Below are positions 1 through 11,928 of a DNA stretch of 64,000 nt, piece after piece; within the stretch, counting starts at the first letter, position 1, and every line of letters begins with the position of its first letter. The DNA is from Orbicella franksi (taxonomy: Eukaryota), in contig OZ116703.1 of NCBI GenBank assembly GCA_964199315.1, forward strand, positions 682,001 through 746,000, given 5' to 3'. The notes beneath the pieces were generated by a model. The model was not told where the DNA came from, searched no databases, and saw only the letters and a program-made list of their open reading frames with translations. A program made the translations under genes and the position numbers.

Positions 1-54
1 ATTTTATGCAAACCTATAATGAACGTAATTATTCCCAACTCTTGTTTTTGACAG

Positions 55-3000
55 CAAGAGGGTGCTTTTTTGTTGATTTTGGCTGCTGTAAAGGGATCAC
101 AGGCAGAAAAACGACTGGCATCACAGTTTATAACAAGGTTCTTCAAGTTCTTCCCCAAGTTACAAGAAAATGCTATTGATGCCATGTTAGACTTATGTGA
201 AGATGAAGATAACATGGTAAGTCTCAGAGATAAGCTTACTAAAAAATTTTTGTTCTATGAATGGATGAAGATGTACATCTGAGTAAGTGAAATATTGTCA
301 TGACTTATTTTCATCTTGTTAAAATTAATGCCAGTAGTGTCTATTGTTTTGTTCCTTATTCTTGTAAGACTTTCCAATAAGGTGATCAGGAATAGACCAA
401 TTTTGATATATTAAATTTCAGCCCAAAACAATAGACTTCAGTACGAGGCTCTGGGGAATAACTACAGAGTTTGTGGGGTTTATTCCCCAGAGCCTCATGC
501 TGAGGTCTCTTGTGTTTAATAGGCTGAATTTTAATATATCAAAATTGGTCTATTGTGAGGTGTTTTGCAGTTGCACCCTAACATGTCCTGTGAGTTGCAA
601 ATGGAAATCTGCTCATGTTAGCTGATGACGTTTTTTGTTATGTATATCACAGATTAGACGACAAGCCATAAAAGGCTTACCAGATCTCTGTAAGGACACA
701 CCAGAACATCTACCAAGAATTGCTGATGTACTCACACAACTGTTACAATCAGGTACTTACATGTATACAATTGCAAGGTTTAAAGCAATATTTGCTATGA
801 ATTGCAGTTAGTTGAAAAGAGACTTGGGAGGATTATTTATGGAACAATTTTATTATTTTTGGCCATTATATAAACTTTACGATGACTGAAAATGTTAATT
901 TTTCTAATTTAAATTCTATAAAATTTAATGTATAAGGACACATATTTAATTTTTGACCATATATCTTTTCCAGAGGATCCTACTGAGTTAACAATTGTCA
1001 GAAATGCACTCACATCACTGTTTAAAATGGAGCCAAAAGGTAAACTATTAAATACTTACTACTATATTGGCCAGTTGATAAAGGTAGATATACATGTATG
1101 TCTGGATATTTTATGAAAACAGCGTTAAGTAAAATCTCACTCACTCATGCATTTTTTTGCCAGAGACTCCAAAGTAAATGATATAAAATATAAGTTAATA
1201 TATAAAGTTTATATATTGGACAAAATCCAAAAAAATGCTTAGAGAAGCTGAGCACCATAATAGTTCCCTTGTGTTTAATTAATTCTTCAGGAACTATTGG
1301 AGGACTATTTTCACAAATTCTGAGTGGAGAAGAAGTTTCCAGAGAAAGTGCTATCAAGTTTTTAAGTGGTGCTGTGGAAGAATATGGCAAGAAGGTATTA
1401 CATCCGTCACCTGAAACAGAAGAATACCTTGTTGAAGAAATTAAAAAGGCAAGTTAAGTGTTATATACCAGTTTCTGCATCATTTACTCTCCCCTCCCTA
1501 CTGAATGGGATTTTGCTTTTTAGAACTATGTAACATGTAAGTTTATGCCAGCAAATTCTGCTTATCGTTTATACTCATGGATGAAGAGGGGCATAGCTTG
1601 ATGTGCCAAAGAATACAGAGAAAGAGTGATACTTGCAGTGAAACTTGTCCTTTTTCTGGATGTCAAACGTGACATGTAACAGCCATGGCAGTGGCCTCAT
1701 GGTTAGTGTGCTAGACTCCGGGTTGAGGTGGTCTGGATTCAAACTCTGACTGGTATCATTGTGTTGTGGTCTTAAGCAAGGAGCTTTCCTCTCACAGTGC
1801 CTCTTTTCACCTAGTTGTGTAAATTCCAGGGAGGGGAGAAAAGCTTGCCAGGGACACATCAGAACTACTCACAGTCACTTCTTGCTACAGAAACCAGACA
1901 TTTGTGTTAGTGCTGATCCAAGTGGCCTCTATACCAACATGTAAGCTGTGATCTTTAGGCTGATGTAAAGGGGTTTTTTTATTTAGATGGAACATGACCT
2001 CATGGTATATGTTAAAGGTTTTTACATACAAGGTTGTGGTCAGGGATGATAATCTCTCGGCTAATAAAATGACAGACAACATGACACATGGGTTGATTAC
2101 CATTTACCCATGTAAATGGTAAACAACTGTGATGTCTTGTTGTTCTGGCCATGGTGTTTAAAACATTTATTGATTCTGAGACCACAGTTCTCATCAAGTC
2201 TTCACTTATGTGCTGTACTGTTTGTCTTGTTTTTTGTCCCTGTTCTAAAGTGTTGAAATTTTTGATGTACACTGTAGGCCATGGCAGATGTTACTGGAGA
2301 AGAGTTTCGTACATTTATGACAATCCTGTCATCACTGAAAGTCATGGCTAGTGCTCACCAAGAACTTGCAGACATAGTGGCAGAACAAGCAGAGCTAAAC
2401 CAAGTATTTCAGGTACCACTTGATGGGGGATAGATTGAAAAATACAATCATTGCTAAAAAAAATGTGCAGGCACATTATTTTGAGACTCTCATAATCCAT
2501 AATTCTGCTTTGAAGCTTGAGCTCCAAAAGAGCTTACTTAGAATTCACTTCCCTACATAACTAAACCAAAATTATTTTGGCATTTTTTTTTTAATCAGCA
2601 GTTTCGATATATGCTACCAAGACTTTAAATACCAGTCTAGTGATCCATATCTAATTTTTCCTTTTATACATTATCACATTATCATGCAGTCCATACAGAA
2701 AGAATGGATAACACCATCAACTTACAGATATTGTCTTGGTCTCAAGTCACACTTGTTTTACAGTAAGTTGCACTAATCCATTTAGGTTTGTCATCATAAA
2801 TAGCATTCTTTTGGTATTGTATCTTTCAGCCCAGTGATGCTGATGTAATTGATAGATTCATTTCATGTGCCAGACAAGCCATCCCATATTTTGTGGTAAG
2901 AGGACTCATAAATATTTTTTTTTCAACATCTTTGACTAGTATGTACAAGTTAATATTATTAGAATGATCATTACACTTGGTTGGGGTAGACACGTACATT

Positions 3001-5536
3001 TTAGAGTCATGCAATGATGGTTTTTTCTTTTTTCCTTTTTTTATTTGCCATACAAAAGAATGTTACAAAAACATAAGAATAAAAGGTAAACTAAAGTGGC
3101 AGGAAGATGTAAAAGAAACTGGAAAACTAAAAAAGGTCTCCCCAAGTTATGTGGAGATAAGTGTGCACAACACCTGGTTTTTTGTTGTTGTTGTTGTTCC
3201 ATTCCAGCACCCATAGACTATTTAGACTAATTAATTGGGCTTGGAGGCACCTATGTTGAACCTTGTCCCCAAGTGAAAACTTTTAAACAGACAGTCATTT
3301 TGTTTCTTCACAGAAAGGAGCATCTGCCCAAGCATTCTTTGCCTACATAGTAGAGAGTATTCTACCAAAGCTGAATGAGCTGGCTGCATCAGATGGTGAA
3401 GACGTCAAGCTAGAGATGTTGAAATTATGTGCTGAAATGTCACCTCATGGTCTGACTGATGAAAATGTCAAGACAGCTATAGAACCTATCTACAACTTAC
3501 TGTTGGTGAGGTTTATGTTGGTAAAACTGTCAACATGCCATGTTACATGGCATTTTTTTTTTCTGGCTGTTGGCAAGTGTGTGTTACCAATATGTAACGG
3601 AAGTCTATCTCTGAGAATAGCTTTGGTCTAAACAAAGAAAACTGAAGGACTTGTAAGATACAGTCATGAATCAATTTAGTGGACTTTGTTTAATTGTCTG
3701 CATTTTATAACTTTTTCCTCAGGAATACATGCCATTGCCTCCAGGTGAAGAAGAGGAGAAAAGTACTGAAGAAAACTCTGAACCAAAGCTTCAGTTTTCC
3801 TACGTAGAGTGTCTTATTCTTGCATTTCACCAACTAGCAAAAAAGGTACACAGAGCATGTGTACTGTATGTGTAATGATTTCTTCCTGACTTCTTATGGC
3901 AAGTGGAGAATTCAAGCCATGAGAACTAAGGTCTTGATGGTTTCAAGGAAAGTGGCATAACTTACTTGTGAGGCCAAATTCTCCTAAGGCACATCAGTGA
4001 AAATGTAATGAAAGAATTAGGATCAATGACTGCTGTAAAGGAGATTAACATTTTGTTTTTATTTCCTGTGGTGTTATATTGTATCCTAGACTGCAATTTC
4101 CTCATGATGAAGAATTCTTTTTTTTTTCTAACATTGTGTGGAAAGAAACTGATGTGCACATCCTTTTCTTTCAGAACCCAGAGTTTTTAATAGATGCAAG
4201 CGCAGCAGAACGTCTAAAAGATTTCAGACTAAGGTAAAGTTTTACTTGAAGCCATGAACAATTCATATTGCACAATCTCCTTGTCATGTTGTTTTTAAAA
4301 CTTGCACAGTTAAGTGTTACTCTTTTAAACTCGGAAGCCAGTCATGGTGAAGGGTTATCACTTGTTGCTTCAGATTGAATGCTTGTGCCTTCCATTGCTC
4401 ACGTAGTTCACATGAAAAAATAAAAGCTTCCATATCTTAGCATAGCATATTTTTAGCACCAAATGGAGGCTATTGTGTTTATTATCCATCAAATATTTTT
4501 CAAAACACATGCAGTTTTGAAAATTGAGGAATATCATTCGGATATTCCCCAGTTTTAGCTGGGGCATATTCAGTCATGTGACGCATTTAGACCAATCCTG
4601 TGTGACCAAAAACATTTGATGGATTATAATTTCTCATATACATGACATGACAGGTTCTGTCTTCATTTTGGACCTTAGTTTTGCAGCATTCATCTCAAAC
4701 CGTGCTATTGATTATAGGATTACTTTTTTTCACAGGCTTCAATACTTTGCTCAAGGTTGTCAAGTGTACATAAAACAGCTGAGATTGTCTCTACAAGGCA
4801 AGACAGGCCCTGCCCTTCAGGAAGAGGAAAATAAAATTAAAATTGTAGCCCTCAGGACGACTTCAAATATAAATGCCGTCATCAAGGTTGGTCAAAAAAA
4901 CACAATGAATAAGTAACAGATTTACAATCAATTGTATCAGACATAAAAATATATAAAAATGCTGCGTTTTCGGTACCTGCCTCAGTAAGAGGTAGGCAAG
5001 ATATTTTCGGAAGAAAATCTTGTCTCCCCTACAGCAGTTTCAGTAACGTTTTCAACAGGTCAACTGGTTTTCACAGGCATGCAGAACCTTTTTAACTGAA
5101 ATTCATTATTCGCTATTTCCACATCCCCCATAATACACTTTGTTTGCACCCCAAAATCCTGCATAACCTTTGTTTCCCATTTCTCCTGGGTATTACAGTC
5201 ATCCCAACAGAAACTGAAGACAATGCTTGTGCAAAATTTTTGGGGAAGGGGGGGGCAAACAAGGTGTATCATGGGAGATGTGGAAATGGCGAATAAGAAA
5301 AACCTTCATCTAGATGAGTCAAACCAGGCAGGCCAAATCATCCACACAGCTGGTCAATTTTCCCGGTGTCCAGCCCTTATTTATCNNNNNNNNNNNNNNN
5401 NNNNNNNNNNNNNNNNNNNNNNNNNNNNNNNNNNNNNNNNNNNNNNNNNNNNNNNNNNNNNNNNNNNNNNNNNNNNNNNNNNNNNNNNNNNNNNNNNNNN
5501 NNNNNNNNNNNNNTCCTGTTCTTTTGTTTTTGTTGC

Positions 5537-5573
<37 letters not shown>

Positions 5574-8500
5574 GATCATGATCATGATGTTGTTGTGCGA
5601 GTAATGATTTCCTGTTCTTTTTTCAGGACTTGTTTCATAATCCACCTTCCTTTAAGTGTTCTGTTACGTTATCGTGGAAACCTCCGGTAAGTGTAACTTA
5701 GTAAGAAGTGTTTACCTGAGTTTAAATCCTATAGGTGTATTTCTCTTGTATTTACCCCTTGTTTGCGTTTGTTGGAATAGTCTTAGTTTGTCTAGATAGT
5801 CTAGTCATGTAAAAGTCTGATCCAAACATCAATATTTACATGTATATAACTAATGTTACTCCTGTTAATTTGCAGGCGAAGACACAAACATCAATACTAA
5901 CATCCCCTAAAGAGGAGAAAAATACGCTGGTAGATGAAAAGTAAGTCTGTTTATTCCGTGTAAGGTAATACTATTGGGATACATTTGATGCCTGCCCGCC
6001 TACCTTCTGAAGGGTTTTTGACCGCAGTCAGAATTCACCCTGCACATGCGATTGTCTAAACGAAACGAGAAGAAGATCTACCAAACGTGAGCAAAAGTTT
6101 TTTAAATCTTTGAAGGTGATTCATAAATGTTTCTATAAAGTAGGCGAGCTAGCTATTTTATACTGTAACTACGTTTTATCGCTGAAAATGCTTGACATAA
6201 TGTTGTCTTAAGGACGGCGAAACGTTGTCCTTTTGTCATTTCGCTAGTTTTTATTTTATAATACTTCTCAAAAACGTCTCTAATTGGAATAATTTAATAC
6301 ATTTTCTAGTTTGTTGGTTTAGTTTTAAATTAAAAAGTGAATTGCTCAGTAAAGATTAATAAATTCGAGGAGCAAAGGGTAATATTTCTATATCTGTTTT
6401 CAAAAATGGCGATGAAAATGGAGTAGATTTCGAAACTTATTTTGTACAGAAGAAAGATTTTCAAACTTAGATGTGCTTTTTCTCATGACAATTCCTCTTG
6501 CTTTTTGCCTCTGATAGTCATACAATAATACTATAGTAAAACACTTGCTTCTGAACACGAAGGGAATTTTGTAAACTGACAATCGGGAATTTTCCCTTTC
6601 ATCACATGATGTGACAGTTTTCATGCTCGACCGATTTTCGATCTGTTTGTTTACGTCTTGGCTGTTGGAGGTCGCTTCGCCGAAACCTTTACTGTTTTGA
6701 CGTGCTATCTTGCCTTCTAGCAGCCATGACTAAAGTGCCTAGTTGTTCGGGCACGCAATGTTGCAGTCACTATGTAGTAAATATCTCCAAAAACTCTGGG
6801 ATAATAATTTGCGGCGATCACACTGTGGTACGAGGGCCAGTAGCACCGTCGAGCAAGCGTCTGAAAGCGAGTCGCCATGTAAAAGTAAAAGAGCATTGCG
6901 ATCGGCTGGAAGCAAGTGAAAGTCGAAGGCGGAAGCGAAGTGATCGCAGCCGTCTGAAGAGATTACAACGCAATGATTCAAGCCGATCTACCACACCAAC
7001 CACTGACGAGGATGCGAGAAATTCGTGTACGCTAAACGAAATTGCATTGGAGAGCGAGAGTAGCAGCTTCCAACAAGCGCTGCAAGTGTATCGCTCCTGT
7101 ATTACTCCTTTGCATCCTCTACGCGACGATGGCGACTGGAATGAATTCGAACGTGCTGCGGAAAAGCTTTTAGAAGAAGCAGCCGGTGATGTGACTCGCA
7201 GAATTATCATCAGTCTTGAAAAAAGCGTTGTGCTAAGTATTAAGAAAGAGCTGGAACGATCAGAAGAGATGATAAATAGGGTGGCCAGCGAGATTGCGCA
7301 GACGAGCGGTTCAGTTCGACTTCTATTGGAAGTACTGTCAAAGTGTTACATGGCTGGAACCTACCGCCGAAGGAAAATGTTAGGAAATGCAGAAGAGTGC
7401 TTGAAGATCGCCAAGAAGGTCGCGTCTGGCTTTCCACCTTGTTTGGCTGTCGCCATTTTTCTGTACGAGGAAGGAAGCTGGCAGAGAGACTTTGCTTCGC
7501 TCCTGACTGGCTCGAGAAATGAACCCGCTTTTTTTAAAGCCAAAGAGAAAGCTAAGGAGTTGATGCAACGCTGTATCGACCTGTGTTGCAGGCTAGATCA
7601 TGAGCAAATTTATGTGCGTAAGCAACACTTTGCAGTTTGCAAGATGGCGTTGATAGATCTTCGGTGTGAATCGAGTGCATCCCGAAGGAAGAGCATTTCT
7701 GTAAGGAGCATTGAAGAGGCCAAAAAGAGTTTGGAAACTCTGCAGAGCGATTATTATAGTCAGAGGGAGGTTCAAGGCGCCAAGATTCAGCGTTTGATTG
7801 CGGAAGTAGACTTCAACTACCGCCTGGAAAAATACGAGGAGGCTGAAAAGTTCGGCCAGGAGGCGCTAAAGATGGCCAAAAAGTTGGAATTTAATTTGGA
7901 TGTGATACCTCTTGAAGAACGACTTCTGGATATCCGCGAGAAGATGACGCCTGCTTCAACCAGCCAAACATTCCGACATGTTCGTGGAATAATTGAGTCA
8001 TCTTCTTCCAAGAACAACACGCCATATTCTTCAGAATTTGAAGACAAATTGTAAATAGTGTTCAATAGTTTTATGTAGTGTAATTTCCGATTGGTGAAGC
8101 CAGTTTCTTTATTCAGACGTTTTTTGAAGTGTAGTTTCCAATTTCCAATCGGTGAAGCCAGTTTCTTTACTCAGAAGAGCTCGAAGACAAATTGTAAATA
8201 GTGTTCAAAAGTTTTGTGTAATATTCGGTGAAGTTTCTTTATTCAGTGTACGAAGACAAATTGTGAATAGAACTCCGAAGTTTTCATAGTATGACTAAGT
8301 TATTTTTTTAAGGTTAACCTTATCTTCGGGACCTAAGGGCCAAAAGAAAACAAACAGTCTTGATACATTGCTATGTTTGATGATACTTCTTAATTTGCAT
8401 GTAAAAAATTACAGAACCCTACATAACATTCTACGATTGTACTTTGATCGACTATTTACCATTACTGATTTAGTCAGGCTTGATCGACAAAGAGTAGAGA

Positions 8501-9400
8501 AATATTGGCCTCGTTTTTAGTGTCCACTCAAAATAATAGTACTTAGTTATGATAATTTAACTTGGCGATATCAAATTTCGGTCACTCTTAGCTAATAATC
8601 TTGACAGAAAGAGGTGTTACACTGTAAGTTAAAGCTTAATAGTGTTAAGCACCTGACTGTTGCCTCTTCTCTAGGTCAAGATTGGCCTCTTATTTTACCT
8701 AGATCGTTCTTTGGCGGTCAAGGAACTGTTTGATTGATTGATGATGTTCATTATTAGTAATCTGAATTCTGTGAATTTAAATGTCTGACGTTATCATTAA
8801 TGTAAGTGTTTTTACATGTTGATGAATACATTAAACATTAAACTAAAAACTGTTTTATATCTGATTACAACTGTTTTTACTGCAAAGAAAGTGAAAGTAA
8901 ACTCCAATCCCCATAGTGTAGTTTTGACAAAACGATCTCTCAGTGTCCTTTCTTCACTAGTCAGTTTCCAGGCTCTTGATTGGCTGGGACGATCAAGGGA
9001 CAAAACGAACCGAGAGCCTGGGGTAGGCTATTTTTTCCTATAGACCAAGGTCTCTTCGGTTTCACTTTTAAGTCTGCTATCTTTGCCCTTGTGACTTAAA
9101 TCTTGACTAATTCTCAATAAGTGATGAAATGAAATCCTTCTTTTTGTCTCGTTATTTTTCCACAGGCGAAAACGCGCCGGTATCACGCCGATTAAATTCG
9201 ACCTTCCACCCGAGACGAAATCACCCAAAAAGCCCAAGGGGAGCACAGTCACAGTATACACCCCTCCTGGCCGGCGTGCTGGAGCCTCCAATGGCGTCGT
9301 CAAGGGACAAACCATGCCTGACGGGAGCCGAGGACGGGGATTCCGACAAGGAGGGCGCAGTCGAGGGCGCGGTCGGGGCTGGAGAGGAGGCAGATTTTAG
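55..9400 (+). CDS. API5: Apoptosis inhibitor 5 (API5/AAC-11); 5'-partial, first coding exon lies upstream of the window
   Basis: Exons 55-216, 653-752, 974-1039, 1291-1448, 2278-2412, 2830-2895, 3314-3505, 3723-3845, 4175-4233, 4736-4886, 5627-5686, 5876-5940 and 9166-9400 join with consistent phases (523 aa + stop). Translated motifs match API5: EKRLASQFITRFFKFFP..AIDAMLDLCEDED, IRRQAIKGLP, DVTGEEF, EYMPLPP..EPKLQFSYVECL, RLQYFAQGCQVYIKQLRLSLQGKTG, DLFHNPPSFK..VTLSWKP, and a C-terminal basic/RGG tail (RGRGRGWRGGRF*). Confidence 0.95.
391..554. mobile_element. Hairpin MITE (non-autonomous DNA transposon) in an API5 intron
   Basis: Terminal inverted repeats aatagaccaattttgatatattaaa(t)ttcagcc ... 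ggctgaattttaatatatcaaaattggtctatt, plus an inner inverted pair gaggctctggggaataa/ttattccccagagcctc. Related in TIR sequence to the element at 46181-46339. Confidence 0.85.
1449..2277 (+). other. Non-canonical GC-AG intron of API5
   Basis: The exon ends ...ATT AAA AAG|GCAAGT, an otherwise consensus donor. The next exon starts TAG|GCC ATG GCA GAT GTT ACT GGA in phase 0. Reading through the donor hits TAA after two codons. Confidence 0.85.
1687..1958 (+). mobile_element. Degenerate tRNA-derived SINE
   Basis: A-box-like head gtggcctcatggttagtgtgctagactccgg, then the body ctctcacagtgcctct..cacctag and gctacagaaacc. Same family as the better-preserved copy at 19447-19743. Confidence 0.75.
5106..5296. 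mobile_element. MITE with ~45-bp terminal inverted repeats
   Basis: Left end ttattcgctatttccacatccccataatacactttgtttgcacccc; the reverse complement of the right end is ttattcgccatttccacatctcccatgatacaccttgtttgcccc. Confidence 0.85.
5386..5513. other. Assembly gap (128 N) inside an API5 intron
   Basis: Run of N characters. Confidence 1.
5532..5573. repeat. (GTT)n microsatellite
   Basis: About 13 near-perfect GTT units directly after the gap. Confidence 0.95.
6726..8054 (+). CDS. Single-exon 442-aa protein nested in the last API5 intron: RHIM-like N-terminal motif, basic NLS-like stretch, TPR-like alpha-helical C-terminal two thirds
   Basis: Uninterrupted ORF from ATG 6726 (cagccATG) to TAA 8054, visibly more GC-rich than the flanking intron. 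N-terminus VVNISKNSGIIICGDHTVV; basic RRRKRSDRSRLKRLQR; TPR-like helices such as KCYMAGTYRRRKMLGNAEECLKIAKK and EVDFNYRLEKYEEAEKFGQEALKMAKKL. A polypyrimidine tract + TAG acceptor ends at 6720. Confidence 0.85.
   Translation: MTKVPSCSGTQCCSHYVVNISKNSGIIICGDHTVVRGPVAPSSKRLKASRHVKVKEHCDRLEASESRRRKRSDRSRLKRLQRNDSSRSTTPTTDEDARNSCTLNEIALESESSSFQQALQVYRSCITPLHPLRDDGDWNEFERAAEKLLEEAAGDVTRRIIISLEKSVVLSIKKELERSEEMINRVASEIAQTSGSVRLLLEVLSKCYMAGTYRRRKMLGNAEECLKIAKKVASGFPPCLAVAIFLYEEGSWQRDFASLLTGSRNEPAFFKAKEKAKELMQRCIDLCCRLDHEQIYVRKQHFAVCKMALIDLRCESSASRRKSISVRSIEEAKKSLETLQSDYYSQREVQGAKIQRLIAEVDFNYRLEKYEEAEKFGQEALKMAKKLEFNLDVIPLEERLLDIREKMTPASTSQTFRHVRGIIESSSSKNNTPYSSEFEDKL
8040..8285 (+). repeat. Imperfect triplication of the nested gene's stop-codon/3' flank
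   Basis: gaagacaaattgt(a/g)aatag recurs at 8040, 8183 and 8252; ggtgaag(cca)gtttcttta(t/c)tcag recurs three times between them. Confidence 0.85.
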
Positions 9401-9780
9401 ATCGTTGATACTCCACCGTTCCATACACGTGGAAGTGCAGAATTGTTTTAATCAAGTTGTGAACTTTGTACAGTTGTCTTCATTACAGCTATAAGTTAGG
9501 ACTGGGTTATTTATGGAGAAGACCACAATTTGATTTAGTGCACCTTGTGTTTCAAAAGCTTCTTTTAACTCTCTCTTCATGGGCCGTCAACCAGACGCCA
9601 GTGTTCTTCTAGAAGTTGTTTAACAGTGGTTTTTTTTAAATTGGAAATTTTTGAACAGCAATTAAGTACAGAGTAAGTTATTCTATAGATTCCTCCAGAA
9701 ACCTAGTGGCGCATGTACCCCTGGGATTGTGCTCAGACCGGGCGTCAGAACACGATTTTGATTTGATCAGTGTTCACCAC

Positions 9781-9786
9781 AATAAA
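9781..9786 (+). terminator. Candidate polyadenylation signal of API5
   Basis: AATAAA about 380 nt downstream of the API5 stop codon; motif only. Confidence 0.35.
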
Positions 9787-11571
9787 GATCACTTTCTTTT
9801 TGATAGTCGATAGTCAAACCAGAAGGAAATAACATGCTGATGTTGACGCCTTTTCTAAGCGTTCCCATATAACCTAGCATGTAAGGCTAGAGTCCAATCT
9901 CCCAAGTGCTTCTGAAGTTGAAAGTGACTTATAATTTGGTTTGAAAAACTAGACAAGGAACAAGCATGTATACATCGGTCTGCTCACAATTGTACTTGAC
10001 TGTGGGCTAATTTCGATTATGCCGACCTTTTTTATGACTGTATAATAAATGGCTGTTATGTTTCTTTTATTGCGTTGGTTTACACATATCTTTTGTCACG
10101 AATCGAAGGCCAGTTTAGCAAACGCTCGCGCCGGCAAATAAGTGCGAAAACCCAGATTGAATGACGGGAACTTTCCATTCGAGGTACCAGCTCAAGAACG
10201 AGAACTGGGTTTGAAACTTAGCGCAGGCGCAAGATTATAACGAACAAGATTGGCCTAATGCGCCAGTCTAGTTTCCAACTCTACTCTTCTATTAGTCAGC
10301 GACAGGGAATTACGAGGGATCTAGGAACAAGAATGGTTGTATAGCGAGAAATTGTCCTATACTCGTACCTTAATCCAAAATATCCCTAACCAGTGATCAG
10401 ACTCAAATTTTTACTTATCATGCAAAGTTTCCACTGATGGTGTCGTCGGTCTCTTGTCGACCCTAACCAACCCTCCGCAGGCCGAGTAAGAAAAAACCTT
10501 TGGTGCCCAGAGTATAAGAGATATAGATATCTTCAGGAAATCGTTGTCCCTTTTACAGTTCCATGAATCTTTTCGCAAAGACAGAGCATGCGAAAATCAT
10601 TCTTCTTCCGAGAGTTCACTTTTCACTTCCTCGTGCCAGGCCACCCCCGTTTGCTGATGCGCGTGGAATTGTGGGCCAGTTGCACTCAGAAAACGGTTAC
10701 TACCAAACCATCAAACTCTGCGCTCCCTGCCACACTGGGGTCTGACGAGACAGCTGTTTTACTCTAACGCACTCCGCACACACTGAATCTTTGAATTAAA
10801 TTAATGTATGCCAATTAACAGGATATTTGCATTAACGTCCTTCGTTAAAACTGCAATTTCCAGATTTGAGGTTAGAAACTGGAAAGGTGTGAAGCTCACC
10901 TGTCTGTTTGCGGGCATACTGTCAAAAATATTGCTTGCATCCTAATGAATTAAATGTAATTGGATTTTCGGTTTGGCGCCTTTCAAAAATATAATTTTGT
11001 TTATTCGTTTCCGAAACCGAGCAAAAGAGTTTTGGGGTTATATCAACATGAATTGTTCAGAAATAACTACATTACTTTTGAATAATTTTGGCCTCAAACA
11101 TGGATTTAAAAAAATGACACCGCTTGCACATCTTTAAAAAAAAAAAAAAGCGTAAAATAAATTTTCAGGCTGGTTTGGCATAATTCGTTTCAATCCTGTC
11201 GCATTTTAATCATTCTTGTAGCAGTTATCACCTCTGGAGTTTTTCTTTTTGTAGTAAAACATCATTGTGAGGCTTCTCTTAGAATTCTACCACGGTATAG
11301 TGTTTTGAACCACGTAAAAATATAATTCAGTGAAAGGTCGATTTTTGTAATTTTTAGTTCGACTGCTTTGTCTGAAAAGGTCACAATAAATTTATACTTT
11401 GTAATAGTAATCGGACCGAGTGGAGTACAATTCAGGGAGCAATCGCGCGAGTATTTTCAAACTCGGACGAGCGCGAAGAGCGAGGCCAATTTGAAAATAC
11501 GAGCAAGAAATTAAAGATGCAGGCGCAAAACGTACGCCAAATGCGGTTTCGCCTTACTTGCCAGAGATTTA

Positions 11572-11928
11572 GGTCCTGTCCACACTACGCCGAAAGAATT
11601 TGAAAACGGAGGTTTCACTCAGAAAACACATCAAATTTTTTCCGTCCACACTACGCTGGAGGAATTTGAAAACCCCATAATCACGGGTCATTTTGGATTT
11701 GCGTTTGAGGAAAACTCGTTTAGGGAAATCACGTGATTATCGTGACGCCATCGTTTCTGAAAAGCTCCGTTTTCAAAATCGTCCACACGAAAAGGAAAAC
11801 CCGACGTTTTCACAGTCCTCTGGTTTGAAGAGCGTTTCGGGAAAGCTCCGTTTTTGTCACGGATTAGTGTGGACGGTAGAAATAAAGCTACGTTTTCAAA
11901 TTTTTCCGGCGTAGTGTGGACGCTGGCC
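11572..11928. mobile_element. PIF/Harbinger-like MITE (~360 bp)
   Basis: TIRs ggtcctgtccacactacgccgaaagaatttgaaaacg ... cgttttcaaatttttccggcgtagtgtggacgctggcc, with internal gtccacac repeats. TTA lies on the left flank; the right-hand TSD is not preserved. Superfamily assignment is from recall of TIR style. Confidence 0.75.

Noticed and set aside
5223-5690. ORFs with poly-V/L/N/C tracts
   Set aside because: Artefacts of reading through the N gap and the (GTT)n microsatellite; only 5627-5686 is a real API5 exon.
6739-8065. Several 60-130-aa minus-strand ORFs opposite the nested gene
   Set aside because: Antisense shadows of a long GC-richer coding frame; no independent splice or start evidence.
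8040-8285. Repeat-spacer-like pattern suggestive of CRISPR
   Set aside because: Eukaryotic context, only three degenerate units, unequal spacing, and the spacers are themselves repeats of each other.
9129-9494. 121-aa plus-strand ORF and 67-aa minus-strand ORF
   Set aside because: Alternative frames over the GC-rich last API5 exon; the API5 frame (9166-9400) matches the known C-terminus.
11693-11914. 73-aa ORF inside the Harbinger-like MITE (likewise 52341-52748 in the long-TIR MITE)
   Set aside because: These lie over non-autonomous elements and show no transposase motifs; chance ORFs.
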